From Phallusia mammillata (Eukaryota): a stretch of 64,000 nt of DNA. This document shows positions 25,608-37,365 of the stretch, piece by piece (positions within the stretch are counted from its first letter, which is position 1; the number at the start of each line of letters is the position of its first letter). The notes under the pieces are model-generated. The model did no database searches and was not told the DNA's origin. It worked only from the letters and a program-made list of their open reading frames with translations. The position numbers were made by a program, and so were the translations under genes. The DNA is taken from the NCBI GenBank assembly GCA_965637545.1, contig OZ281495.1, positions 29,078,001-29,142,000 of the forward strand. Direction: 5' to 3'.

Positions 25608-25939
25608 AGTTTGTCACAAGTGCTCATGACAACAGACTCATCGCGTGTTGAGGATAAACATGTAGTTTGTGTGGTTGGGGTCTCAGTTAAGTTCAGGTCT
25701 GTTGTTTTTTGTTAGTGTTATGTGTTGAAAGAAATTGCACTGTTGTGTTTGTTTAATTGAACTGTACTGATAAGACATATGTATTCAACATTTGTATTAT
25801 TATACTAGTTTATCAATCCTATTTTATTCAGAGAGGAAATAATTGCCTAAAATTATTGTTTGTTCGCATAAAATATACATTAGGAGTTTCTTCTTTCACT
25901 TTATGTTAATGCAGTTGAATTTAGCATCTGATACAAAAA

Positions 25940-28497
25940 ATGACAACACTTCAAACGGTTCCCAATCAGCCTGGAGTCATGATTCAAGTCCCGGTATCAG
26001 CGGGTGTGAATTTAAATGAAAAGAGACTGGCGCATTGCAAGAAAGTTCTGTTTGGCCTTGGGGTAATTTGAATTTGATTGCAAGCCAAATTATGTGACCG
26101 ATTATAAAGTCAGACCCGAGTCAAGCTTGTTTTACTTTATTAAAAAAGCCCGAACCCGACCCGAAATCAATTACATAAGTTTGTCTTCTGTTTTTCGATT
26201 GTAATATACCTTTCAAATTTTAGGTCACCGAATTTTTTCTCGGTCTTTTCTCAACCTTGCTTGGAATCATGGGTCTCGCTTTCACATTTGACGACAGAGT
26301 TGCATCTTATTTTTATCTGAGAACACTCAATGTTGGTCAAGGGCTTTGGTGTGGAATATGGGTACGTGTTTGAACATGCAAAGAAGGACTTAAACGTTTA
26401 CAAACCAATCATCGGATAGAATAGTCAGTTTTAGTAAAATCGTGTAAAAGCAAGCCAAAGCCTTTGAGGTAATTAAACGCATTACAAGCTGTGAACACAA
26501 GCCTTTTATTACTCATGACGTAAACCGGTATAGACCTAAATATTAATCTGTTCAGCACAGTTCATCTTTGTTTAACATTAAATCATTTTTAATGTGAAGT
26601 TCAGTGTTCTTCTATGGAATGATTTACCATTGCCCATAGTTACAAAAATTCCGCTTACAAATTTAGTACTTTAAATTAAGAAGAAACTCAATTTAGTTGC
26701 GGCCTTCTTAAACGATTGTCGCACGTAAATGGAAATACCAGCCGATAAACTGCTGACGCACTGATGACTTCAATAACGTACATGACTCAGCAATAACTTT
26801 AGGTGATTAAGGGGCAAAACTGTCAGGAGAGGGCAAATCAGTTCAAAACAACACTAAAATAAGTTTAAAGCATTTTTTATTCTAAACGAATGAAATATGA
26901 CACTTAATTATACGATACTAACCAGGTCTACTTATTTCCATGCTTTAACAAGATTAATTATTTAAGTACCAAAGTTTAAACACTAGGCTTTTATTTGTTT
27001 GAATTTTTTTCTTCTTCCAGATTACTGTTGCCGGTTTACTAGGAATTCTAAGTGCAAGAAAACATGCAACCCAATGCATAGTAGGTTAATGGTCGATGAA
27101 ACAAAGTGTTCGCATTTTAAACCAGATATTTTTTTCTTTTATAGATCAACAGCCACATGGCTTTATCGATTGTTGCTTCATTTTTCTCAGCAGTTATGTT
27201 GGCAATTTCTGTTCCTATATCTATGATTCTTTGGTTTTCGGTAGGTTTTTTTTATGTTAAACCAGTGTTTTGAATGTGTTTATGTCATTAATCGAGTGTT
27301 ACAGAAAAGAAGCCTTTTAACCACGTCGAAACATTGCGTCTAAAATGGACTGAGCATTCGATTGAATTTAGATAAAACTTTAAACAACAAGCTTGCTATA
27401 AACAACCTGTTGTATTCCTTTGAAAAGCTAATGGCTGCCAACATATATTGTACAACAAGCGCAACTAACTAAAAACAATACGTTTGTCAAAAAGTAGTTT
27501 AGTATCATTACGTTACGTTTTTGGAGTTTCAAATCAGGCAAGTGTAAACTTTTGCCTCTGCGTGTTGGAACTTGTTTATTTAAACAACAATCCACACGCT
27601 GTAACGATGTAAACATCTTTGTAGCAAGGTTCCGTGTTCCTTGCTAACATGGAAATCGTCCTCGCCGTATTTGGGTTTGTAACTTTCATCCTATGCATCG
27701 TGAGCGCCACCTACTGTTGTTACACTCTTTCTGCTGCTGGACACGTCAGTTGTTGCAATAGCTGCTGTGGTTACAACAACCAGGTACATGTTGTTTTAAA
27801 TTTTTTTAATAAAACATAGGTATTTGCTAACTATTGCGGCGATGAAATTTCGTGGTGCTGATGACTAGATCAGGTTTTATTTGAGGTAAATACCTTTTTA
27901 TTGTAAGAAACATTTATCATGTATGCAAAGCCTTAAATTAGTTATCAACTGGCCAGGTGTACGCTATATAAGGACGTTCTCATTAAAAAAACTGTAGACA
28001 TTTCTCTGCATCTTTTTACTTACTTAATCGTTAAATGGTTGTCCAAAATGATTTTCTTTTTACTATTTACCTTTATGGTTTTGTTTTATAGCCCCGACCA
28101 GAAGGCCAGGCAGTGTATGTGGTTCAAACCATGAACCCAAACCAACAATTTGCTCCTTCCAACACTGTAATAGTACCAGGTATGTTTTTGCTACAAATTT
28201 TTAGTTTAGGTCGTTTTTTGCACAAGAAGGCTGATCGGCACTATAAACACTATTGAAATATTATAGGATGAGGTGTACAAACCACATTTTTTTTCCTTGT
28301 CTATTTTTTACGCTTGTTGCTTTTCTACAGGTTCGAGTCAAGGTCAAACCTTTGGGGTTTTGGCTTCTACCGTTCCTCAACAAAATACATATACAGCAGT
28401 TCAGAGCAAAGAGGCCGAATCCCAGGCGTCTGAATTATTGCAAGGTGGCGCTACAGAACAAGCTCCACCACCAGCCTATGACGGTTATAATAATTGA
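25940..28497 (+). CDS. MS4A/CD20-like four-transmembrane protein (copy 2), about 276 aa
   Basis: Exons 25940-26062, 26224-26361, 27021-27080, 27145-27240, 27625-27783, 28092-28179, 28331-28497 (831 nt, open). Same exon structure as copy 1. Ends EQAPPPAYDGYNN. Confidence 0.85.
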
Positions 28498-28689
28498 CAA
28501 ATTGCTGTTTTGTATATGATGGTTTTCCTAAAGTCATTCGTCTTTACGTTTTGGGGGTAAATTTGTTTTCCTGTAACAGCATTATTGGTATCCGCAAATC
28601 AAAAAATATTGTAACATCAAAAACTTATACATAAAATGCCAAATTTTAGTAGTTGTTTTGTTAGTCATGGTTTTCAGTTAGTTGTATGC

Positions 28690-29012
28690 CAGGGGTGCCC
28701 AACCTTTTTTGACTCGAGATCGACTTCTGAGTTAGTTTCAACTCTCGAGATCTACTATTCCAATACAAATTAGCAAAGACATAGCTAGCACCAGAACAAA
28801 GTAACAATTACTACTGCAACTATTACTTTTGTAAAGCCTACTTATGAACTTATTAACATATCCTTATGATTAATTCTCCCAATAAAGTCATCTATGTACA
28901 GCAACGCGTTACAGAGCAACTATTTTAAATAATTTTCTGCAACCCTCGCGATCGACTTGAGATCAGTCCGAGATCGACCAGTCGATCGCGATCGACGGGT
29001 TGGGCACCCCTG
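28690..29012. mobile_element. hAT-like MITE
   Basis: Perfect 15 bp TIR CAGGGGTGCCCAACC / GGTTGGGCACCCCTG with internal gatcga repeats. No clear TSD. Confidence 0.8.
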
Positions 29013-30140
29013 TTAATATGCTGTAAAAGTCGATTTTTCTTTGATTTAACTGCACTATTTGTTGCAGTCTTTTTTTGTTCACTTAAAATTCTATATATTG
29101 TGTATGAATAAATTAACGTTGCATGCTTTGTTTCTTGTAAGCGCACTGTCCAAATAAAAGTTTTTGTTTTCATTTTCACCAAGATAGAAATGTTACCCTT
29201 TTGCCGGTAGGAGAGGCACTTGAGTGAAATGGCGCATATTCCTCCAAGGTAGAGCTACTAACACCATAACGCAAATGTCGATTGGTTATATCTCCACCAA
29301 TACTCACGGTTAGGGCTATTAGGGTCGGGGTAAGGTAGTAGCATTTAAAATTCAACAAAACAAACCCAAAAAATGAGTTACTAATGTAAAAATTGTAAAA
29401 ACTTATTTCCCAACCCAACCCAATTATAGCCGCTAAATAAAAAAGTCAGCTCTTTACGCCCCCTTGTGAAAGCGAATCTCCCGAGGTTGTCATTTGCGTT
29501 GTGGTGTTAGGAGCTCTACCTTCCTTCAAGCATCGCGCCTGTGGGAAACTTCCGCCTCCGCGGGTAATGAGAAAATGCCTCAAGGCACATGCTAGCTTTG
29601 TTGGGGCACTCGGTTTTACAGCAGTTTGTGAGACAGTCCTGCGTTTTAGCTACCTGCTCTGTTGTGTGGACAAAAATGTTTTTGGCATCTACTTTGCTGT
29701 AGTATCAGTTTAAACACATATATCAATCGAACAGTGCAATCATGATTATAACTGGCTGCGTTAGCGAGAAGCGCTGTGAGATGAAGGTGGTTTACCAAAG
29801 AGCTTTGTGCAGTCAAGCACCTATCTTGTCACCGCCCTTAAACCAGGATCGTGGAAATAAAAAAGCATATGTTGGTGAGAGACATGTTCTGGGCCCTAAC
29901 AAAAATGCCGTAATGATCAACTACACCAACACTTTTAACTTTTAACGAAACAGTAAAAGTGTTAATTGTCCATTTCGGTTCTGAAAGTTATGGGCCCTTG
30001 TTGCACCCCTACTTGTGGGCCATACTGGTCCCAAAATCATATTATTATATGTTACTTGTTTTAAACTTTAAATTACGTTCAGATTTTTTCACGTTTGTTT
30101 GTAAAATTCGACGTTGCGGTAAAGACAATGGCAGTTGTGT

Positions 30141-30396
30141 AAGCAAGAAAAGGGGCAAAGGTGGGAACCGGAGGAGGCGCGTGAGAGAAAAAAAGAACAG
30201 GGGAAAGAGTACCAGCGTCTGGAGGAGCTCCGACAACAGGAGGCAGAAAGCCAGGCAACAAGCTGAGAAACAGTGGGAGCAACTGCAGGCTTTGGAAGAG
30301 AGGAGATCCAAGGAATCAAAAGAAGCTCGTGAGGTGATGGGGAAGCAACTGAAAACGATGAGAGAAACTATGGGACAACAGGGAAGAATCTTGGAG
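30141..30396 (+). pseudogene. Orphan 3' part of the coiled-coil exon of a B-type GTPase
   Basis: Highly similar to about 40815-41072 (QQAEKQWEQLQALEE.RSKESKEAREVM), including the GAG|GTTTG donor. A 2-nt deletion at gaggcagaaagccagg shifts the frame. Confidence 0.88.
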
Positions 30397-31960
30397 GTTT
30401 GGTTTGTATTTTGATTTTTAGGTTTTTGTTTCATCTACTTTTCTTATTATATACATTTGTAAGACAATAAATATCATGAGTTTAGGATTGACTTGGGTTA
30501 CACTGCCATTGTACTTAGTCTTTGCCTCATTTTAAAAAGATTATACTTTAACTGCATTATTTCAAGCAAACAAAAATGGATGGGTTTGTCACATGTGAAA
30601 TTGGGTACATTAAAGATTTTATACAAAAAAATCATTTTTTTTTTGGTTGGACCCAACGTGTTACTGTAAACAAACATTACAAATTTGTGCTATTTTTAAA
30701 ACGGCTCTACGCCATGATGTATACAATATGGTACGGAATATAGTCAAGTCGGCTCGATCTATTCCGTCCTCGTTCGGACTTTGATTTGTACTTAATTTAG
30801 TAATTATTTCCCGGGGTCCGAAGTTTCATCTTTCGTTTGTTGATAAGTATTGGAATCAACATGCTTCTCCTAACCGGTGCTTACAAATCTTATAAAAAGA
30901 GGGGAGACGTTGGATTCCAATACTCCCGGTTTGGGTCTGCTGTACAGGTAGGCGTGTCACATGATTAATGTTATGATTACTTTTGCCAATTTCAATGGTT
31001 ATTAACGTCCCTAAGAGAAACCGCTTGTTTGTGTGTGGGCGAACAAATTGTGTGAAACATGCTGTATTGTTTGTACAGCCGTCGTTATCTGATTGATATT
31101 AAGTGTCAGCTTAGGTGTTATAGGTTGATTTCCTCTGTGTTAAAAGCGGAAAGTAACCAGCAGCAACTCACCCAAATTTGCATGACGTTAGCTAAATCAC
31201 GCTCAGTCTATACAAAGAACCACTCTATGTGTATCTTTAAAGGTGTCAGGCAATTTAAAATGACCTTGATTGTCTTAAACATTGTATTCGAGATCAACGT
31301 TGATTGCAAACCTGTTTTTATGCCTACACACCCATTCGCAGCTAATTTATAAATCTGACATAATTTGTGCAATGAAAAAAATCTGCCTCCATTGGCATTT
31401 ATTGTTTTCTCATCTGCTTTGGAAGTGTTCAGAAACTGTTATCTTTTATTGCAGCTTGACATAAGTCTCTGCAAGGGAATAGAAATAAAAAACTCCGCTG
31501 TGGTGAAAAGGGGCGTACGGGTCCAAAATCGGTTTACAGTGGACCTATTATTGTTTTGTTGATGTGCTTTTCGATGCACCTAATTATTCCCACCATTCAA
31601 AGCACCTAATTACTTTCCCACAGAAATTCAACGCCGGAGCAAAAGAGCGTAGCGAGAGGCGTTTGGCCTCTCAGCATTGCTGGTGTGGTCTACTGTTTTT
31701 TTTTTCTGTTTTAAGAGGTTTGAGCTTTTTTGTTGAGTTGAGTGATCTACATGTAATTTCGACAGTGTAAATTATTTGACAATATATAGTAAGGGTTGTG
31801 TATAAAGACGTAAAAGTAGTGGAGTGAATAGACAATTAAGTTGTAGCCTTATAGCTACATCAATAGGAAGGTGTCCAATAATTAATTTTTAAGGTACTAA
31901 TACTTGATGTATTATTGACAAGCTGCCACATTTCACATTTGTGACTGGCAACGCACTATT

Positions 31961-34900
31961 ATGACAGGTATATTTTAGCACTTATCAACATCCAATTTTG
32001 TAAATGCTGCAAATTTTGTCAATGTTTTCGACTACCTTTACAGCACATATGTTGCTATGTTACAATTTCGCGAGCTGTCCTTTTTAAAAGTACACAATTT
32101 AACAAGAAAACGTTAACGTTTAGTAAAAAATGAAGAAACCAACTTTCCTGGTGTTGATGCGATTGTTGAAGCAAAATAATTAAATGAATTAACTATTATT
32201 TAGACAAATACAACTCCGTCCAAATTCTTATCAAAGGCGCTAATGACTCATTCGAACTTAATAAAGCTGCTTTGAAAGAGGCGTTAAAGGATGCATGGGG
32301 ATATCCTGTCTCATTCATATCCATCTGTGGTGACAAGAGAATGGGAAAATCACACATTCTCAACTTATTTTTTAGTTACCTTATAGAGGTGAGTTTATTG
32401 AGTTTTTCTATTATATGAAAGGCATTTATGGCTAAAATGTAAATTCTAGTCCGAAAGAAGACGACGGTTTTAAAGATCATTTAAAACTATAATATATCTG
32501 TTAATTTGTAAACGTTCCTGAAATTGGAGTCCAAACCCCCCTCACAGATTTTCTGAGCTTACCACAAAGGGCTTGCAGCGCTGTGAGTTTAACCATTTGA
32601 TGCTATGTTGAGTGTCATTCAGACTATTGAAATGGATCTGATAAACACACGGATTACGTTACGCACGGATTTCGGTATTTTTACGACCTAAACATCCCCG
32701 TACAGTGTACGGGGGTTTATTTTCTGCTAAGTAAATCACACCATTCTATCACACCAGCTTTATTAAACCACGAATTGTTAAATGACTTTACACGACTAAC
32801 AAGCAAACAATGCGTTGAAAAGAGAACCAACAGTTCTCAATGCGGATTTTTCTCGTCACTCATGAGATCAGCTTTTCACGAAATGATGCATGTACAAGCT
32901 GTCTTCGAGTCAAAAGGAGGGGCACGAAGAAACACAGAAGGAATTTGGATTCTTGACAAACCAATTATGGTTGATACTTCGGAAGGCAAGGTTAATAGTT
33001 TCTTATTGCACTTAGGTAAAAATGCAATTAAAAGTAAGGGGCGTATGCTTACACATTGTCTTACCTTTTGTCTGTCCAAATTTGTCTAAACAACAAATAA
33101 ACTTATATTTTTAAAGAGCACATTGCATTTACCTTTGGTAATGCTTTAGTCACAAGATTTTAAAATATTTTAACAGTTCCTGTGACCATCCTAATGTTTG
33201 AGCAGGTCGGTGTCTACTTGATGGACACACAAGGAATGTTTAGCAGTCAAACCACTATGAAAGAATGTTCCCAGATATTTGCCATTGCCACGCTTATGAG
33301 CTCACATCTAATCTTTAACGTTATGAGACAAATACAAGCAAAGGATCTCGAAAATGTAGACGTAAGTTCATAAATATAAAAATGAGGCTTTACCAGACAC
33401 GGAAACTTTTTTAGCGTAGGCAACAATAAGTCAATATGTCTTTAGTCAATACTTCGTTAACAGTCGCAAAAGAGAAACAGTTTGTAAAATGTCTGCGCAG
33501 TGCTTGCTGTACTCATGTCTTGGTCGATAGATGACCTGAAAAGAATCTTATTTGTTTTGTAGTTTTGGACACAGTACGCGAAGGACTTAAACCTGCAATC
33601 AGACGATCAAACTTTTCAGGTACAATCTACCAGTTTCAATTTTGTGTTTGTTTAACGTTAACAGTTATTTATTGATTTACGTTGCTCTAAATCCATTGCA
33701 TGTAAAAAAATTAGAATTTGCTCTTTCTCATCCGGGACTTTGACTGTTGCGATTATGGTTTCGGAATCCAAGCAGGGGAACGTTATCTTCAGGAGGAGTT
33801 AAAAGAATCTGACGACAAAACGGCGACAGTGAACGAAAATATCAGAAACATAAGAAACGTGTTTTCGAGTGTAAAAGCATTTGCAGTCCCAGCACCCCCA
33901 AATAGATGCGACTTTGAAGACAGATTGGTGCATAATCAAACCAACTTCACAAGTAAGGAATTTAATAGAATTAGATAAAAAAGCCGTTTGTACCATTGCT
34001 ATTTTAAATAGATTTGGTTTCAGTTACAGAAGTATTCTTGAGTATACGATGTCTATACATAATCTTTAGTTCGCCTGTCACTAATTCAAGTCTAATAGAA
34101 GTTCTAAAAACGGTATAAGGCATCTCTTTACTTTCTATACCCCAATAAAGCGTTGCCAATTGGCCTGAAAATTGAGCCCTAACCCGGTCCGTACCCGACC
34201 CGAACCCTCGGCCCGAACCAGGCTCGAACCAGGCTCGAATTAGGCCCGAGCCCGGCCCGAACCCGAATCTTTTATGAGAAGTCCGTTTAGGCCCGAAAGT
34301 TTGATTGCCAGGCGTATACATTGAAGCCTTAGAAAAGGCTGAGAAAACATACAATTGGTCTTTAATAAGGCTTTTTAGGGCTGTTTGACATTAGGTCAGG
34401 TCAAGCGACTGGCTATAGCTGATAGAGAGAATAAAGTCATGCCCGAATCAACCTTGATTTTTCAGTTGGAGGGTATTTTGTACGACAAGTCAAAGGCCTG
34501 TTTGAGTATCTTCTGGAAAGCATAAGTCCCCTGACCATAAACGGAAATCCGATGAGCGGGGAGCGACTGTACGACTACGTGTTGAAATGCAGCGCAAATC
34601 TGCTGAGCGACAAAGTACCAGAATTATTTCCTTTAAGTGAGGTAAATTACAGGCTGCAGTGTTTGTAGATAGGTTCGCACAAGTGAAGCACTAAATATAC
34701 AGCATAAAAAATGTTATTGACAACAGGCGATTCCAGTAAAAAACAACTGGTTTTGTGTTATATTCTGCAGCCGGTTTTTAAATTCCATCTTGACAAGCTT
34801 GTGAAACAGGAAAGAGCCAAATACAAGAAAATTATAAAGAAGGTAAGAACTATATATCGAAAGTCATTTACATGTTTGAGTAACTTTAAGCAATTTTTTC

Positions 34901-35706
34901 AATCTTATACTGCAGGCTAGGTATACCTTAGTGAAGTTCAACACTTCCTGTGTGATAATAATTCTCTTATGAACCAAACAAAACTCGTTATACTCTCTTT
35001 TCTGCATAATTGACAGGCGATGGACACCAATGAATGCTCGGTTTCTGATCTTTACAAATATCACAATGATCAACTCCTTGAGGCACTGGGAAGATTTGAC
35101 AAAGTTGTAAAGTTGAGTGATAATTTGATCTTGGACTACAGGCGTAGGCTGGAGTCTGACATTGCCGACACTTATGAAGTTCTTTCTTCTTACTTTACCC
35201 AGAAGTTGGAGCAGAAAGACTCCGAGAGCAGGCGAGAAGAAGAGGCAAAGATTGCAAAAATGCGGGAGGGCCAACTGAGTGAGATGATAAAGAGGCAGGA
35301 AGAACAGATAAGAGAAACGGCTACAAAACACGCCAGGGATGCAGAGGAGATGAAGAAGCGCCTTGAAGAACAGGAGAAGCGCTTCCAGGAGGCAGAAGAA
35401 ACAAGAAAAAAGGAAGTGGAGGAAGCAAGCAGGCTGCTTGAAGAAAATCAGAGGCTGCACAAAGAGGCGGAAATTTTCAGAAAAATGGAGGCTGCCGAGG
35501 CAAAAGCTAGATATGAGGAGCAAAAGCAACTGATGCAAAGGATGGCGGATGACAACTTAAAACAGGCGCGGGAGGCAAGGAATAACTTCCAGAAGATGAA
35601 GGAGCGCTTTAAGGAAGAAGAAGAACTGCTAAAATCTGACCCTAAAAACACGTGTCCAAAATCAAGCAACAATCAGGAAATGACAAAGCAATGCAGTAGA
35701 AAATAG
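31961..35706 (+). CDS. Atlastin/GBP-family large GTPase with coiled coil (copy A), about 580 aa
   Basis: Exons 31961-31967, 32204-32388, about 32823-32990 (acceptor uncertain), 33206-33361, 33563-33619, 33715-33952, 34466-34641, 34771-34842, 35017-35706. Motifs GDKRMGKS, RRNTEGIWI, MDTQG, FLIRD. Ends QCSRK*. Confidence 0.78.
34140..34320. repeat. GC-rich cccgaa/cccgac-repeat element, probable MITE remnant, in a gene A intron
   Basis: Clustered cccgaacc/cccgaccc units. A shorter related piece lies at about 26110-26165. Termini not resolved. Confidence 0.45.
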
Positions 35707-37365
35707 ACATTTCTCTTGTCCTGAAAGGTTTCTGAACTGGAATTAAAGTTTTGGTGATTCGTTTATGTATTATGGGTCTGTGTTTACAATTTAACTTTGG
35801 ATTATAAAATGCACTTTGCCAAAAATGCGCAGTAATGATATCAAAAATAAATTTGTTACAAAAAATTAAGATTTTATTAATACTTTTTGTGGTTTTTGTT
35901 GTGTAGTTTTTGTTGTGTACTGAATGTAAAATGTAACCTAGTAAACAAGTGCGAATACCGTTTCACGACAAATGAAAGAATTGTGTGTTTTGTAAAACTT
36001 AAGTTTTATTAGAAAATTACACATGCTTTTGGTGCCCAGACATTGCAAATTAATCCAATATATTTGAAAAAACTATCTGTTTTTTTAATTGCGTTTTTAA
36101 AATCAACATTTAAACATCTTGCTCTTAGAGGTATTGCTGTGTTTTGCAAAACTGACTATATTTATATGGTCTTCCTTTGTAAATATAACTGGGAAGTTTA
36201 TGTATGCTTCTCGATGTTTTAGATTTATGTTGATTTTTGTTGGCACATTACCTAAATGAAAGTTCCTGATCTTGGTTATAACCTAACTAAAATAAAAACT
36301 TTTACCGGTAGGTGATGTGCGTGAGCAAAATAATGCCACGATCCACGTCTCGCGCCTGTGGAAAGCTTCATGCGCCTGGCGCACGCTTTGGTCGGCAATC
36401 GACAACTCTACGTCTGCTGGTAATGAGAAAATATCTCGAGGCACGTCCTGGCCATGCTGAAGAGCAAGGTTTCGCAGCAGTGTATGTAGTTAGTTCCGCT
36501 TTTAAATCCATCGAAAATTGCAGCCTGGAAAGAAATGAAATACGTGTTGTGTTAGGTTTATAATACTGTAGTATCAGATTATGAAAAGGTATTACGAAAA
36601 AAAGTTAATTCACTTCTCAGAAAACTGTTGTATTTGTTTTAGAGCTTTTAATGATCAACGAATACGCCGGGTTTATAACTGCTGAATGGCGCAAACTGTA
36701 AAGCGCAAAACTGTTATGCTGCATAAAATGGGATTGCACGTATGGTTGTACAAGCTATTTAAGTTGATCATAAATGATAATGTCAATACGGTATTCTGCA
36801 TGTAAACATAACGACAATGTTTTTAGCTGGCTGCAGTATTGGTTTAAAACTAATCGCAGTGTTGTCGTTATCCTGTGTAGCGTTCTAAAAATATCTACAT
36901 CACGTTATTGCGCAAACATGAAAAAACGCGCTTAAACTATCGTAGGTGCACTTGAAACAACTTTAGATATGTTTATTCGAATCGGTCACGAGGATCACGT
37001 GACAGCCCTGGCGCAAGCGACAACAGTGACGTAATTTTCAGTTCCTCTCTCTCCCACGCGAGCGAGTTCTTTCACCCTGCGGTGTTTTACTTGGTGATTT
37101 CCCGCAGAGGCGCGCCTTATGTACGATGGTAGAAACTGGGCTCTCAGTTGTCTGTCTTGCAATTCAATCTGTATGCAGATATGTTTTTTGTTGTAATTGT
37201 ATTCAGAGCTGCCTAAAAAGTGCATTTGCTGTATGGTTAGCTTACAATTATACTCGTAGATCTTAATTTAGTATATTTTATATTGTGTTTCTGTTATAAT
37301 CGCCTAATGTATATTGGTTTCAGATTTTTATGAAGTTTTATTAGCATTAAAAACCGCAAGACGCC

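Noticed and set aside
34004-34354. 116-aa Gly/Pro-rich minus-strand ORF
   Set aside because: Produced by cccgaa-type repeats of an intronic element.
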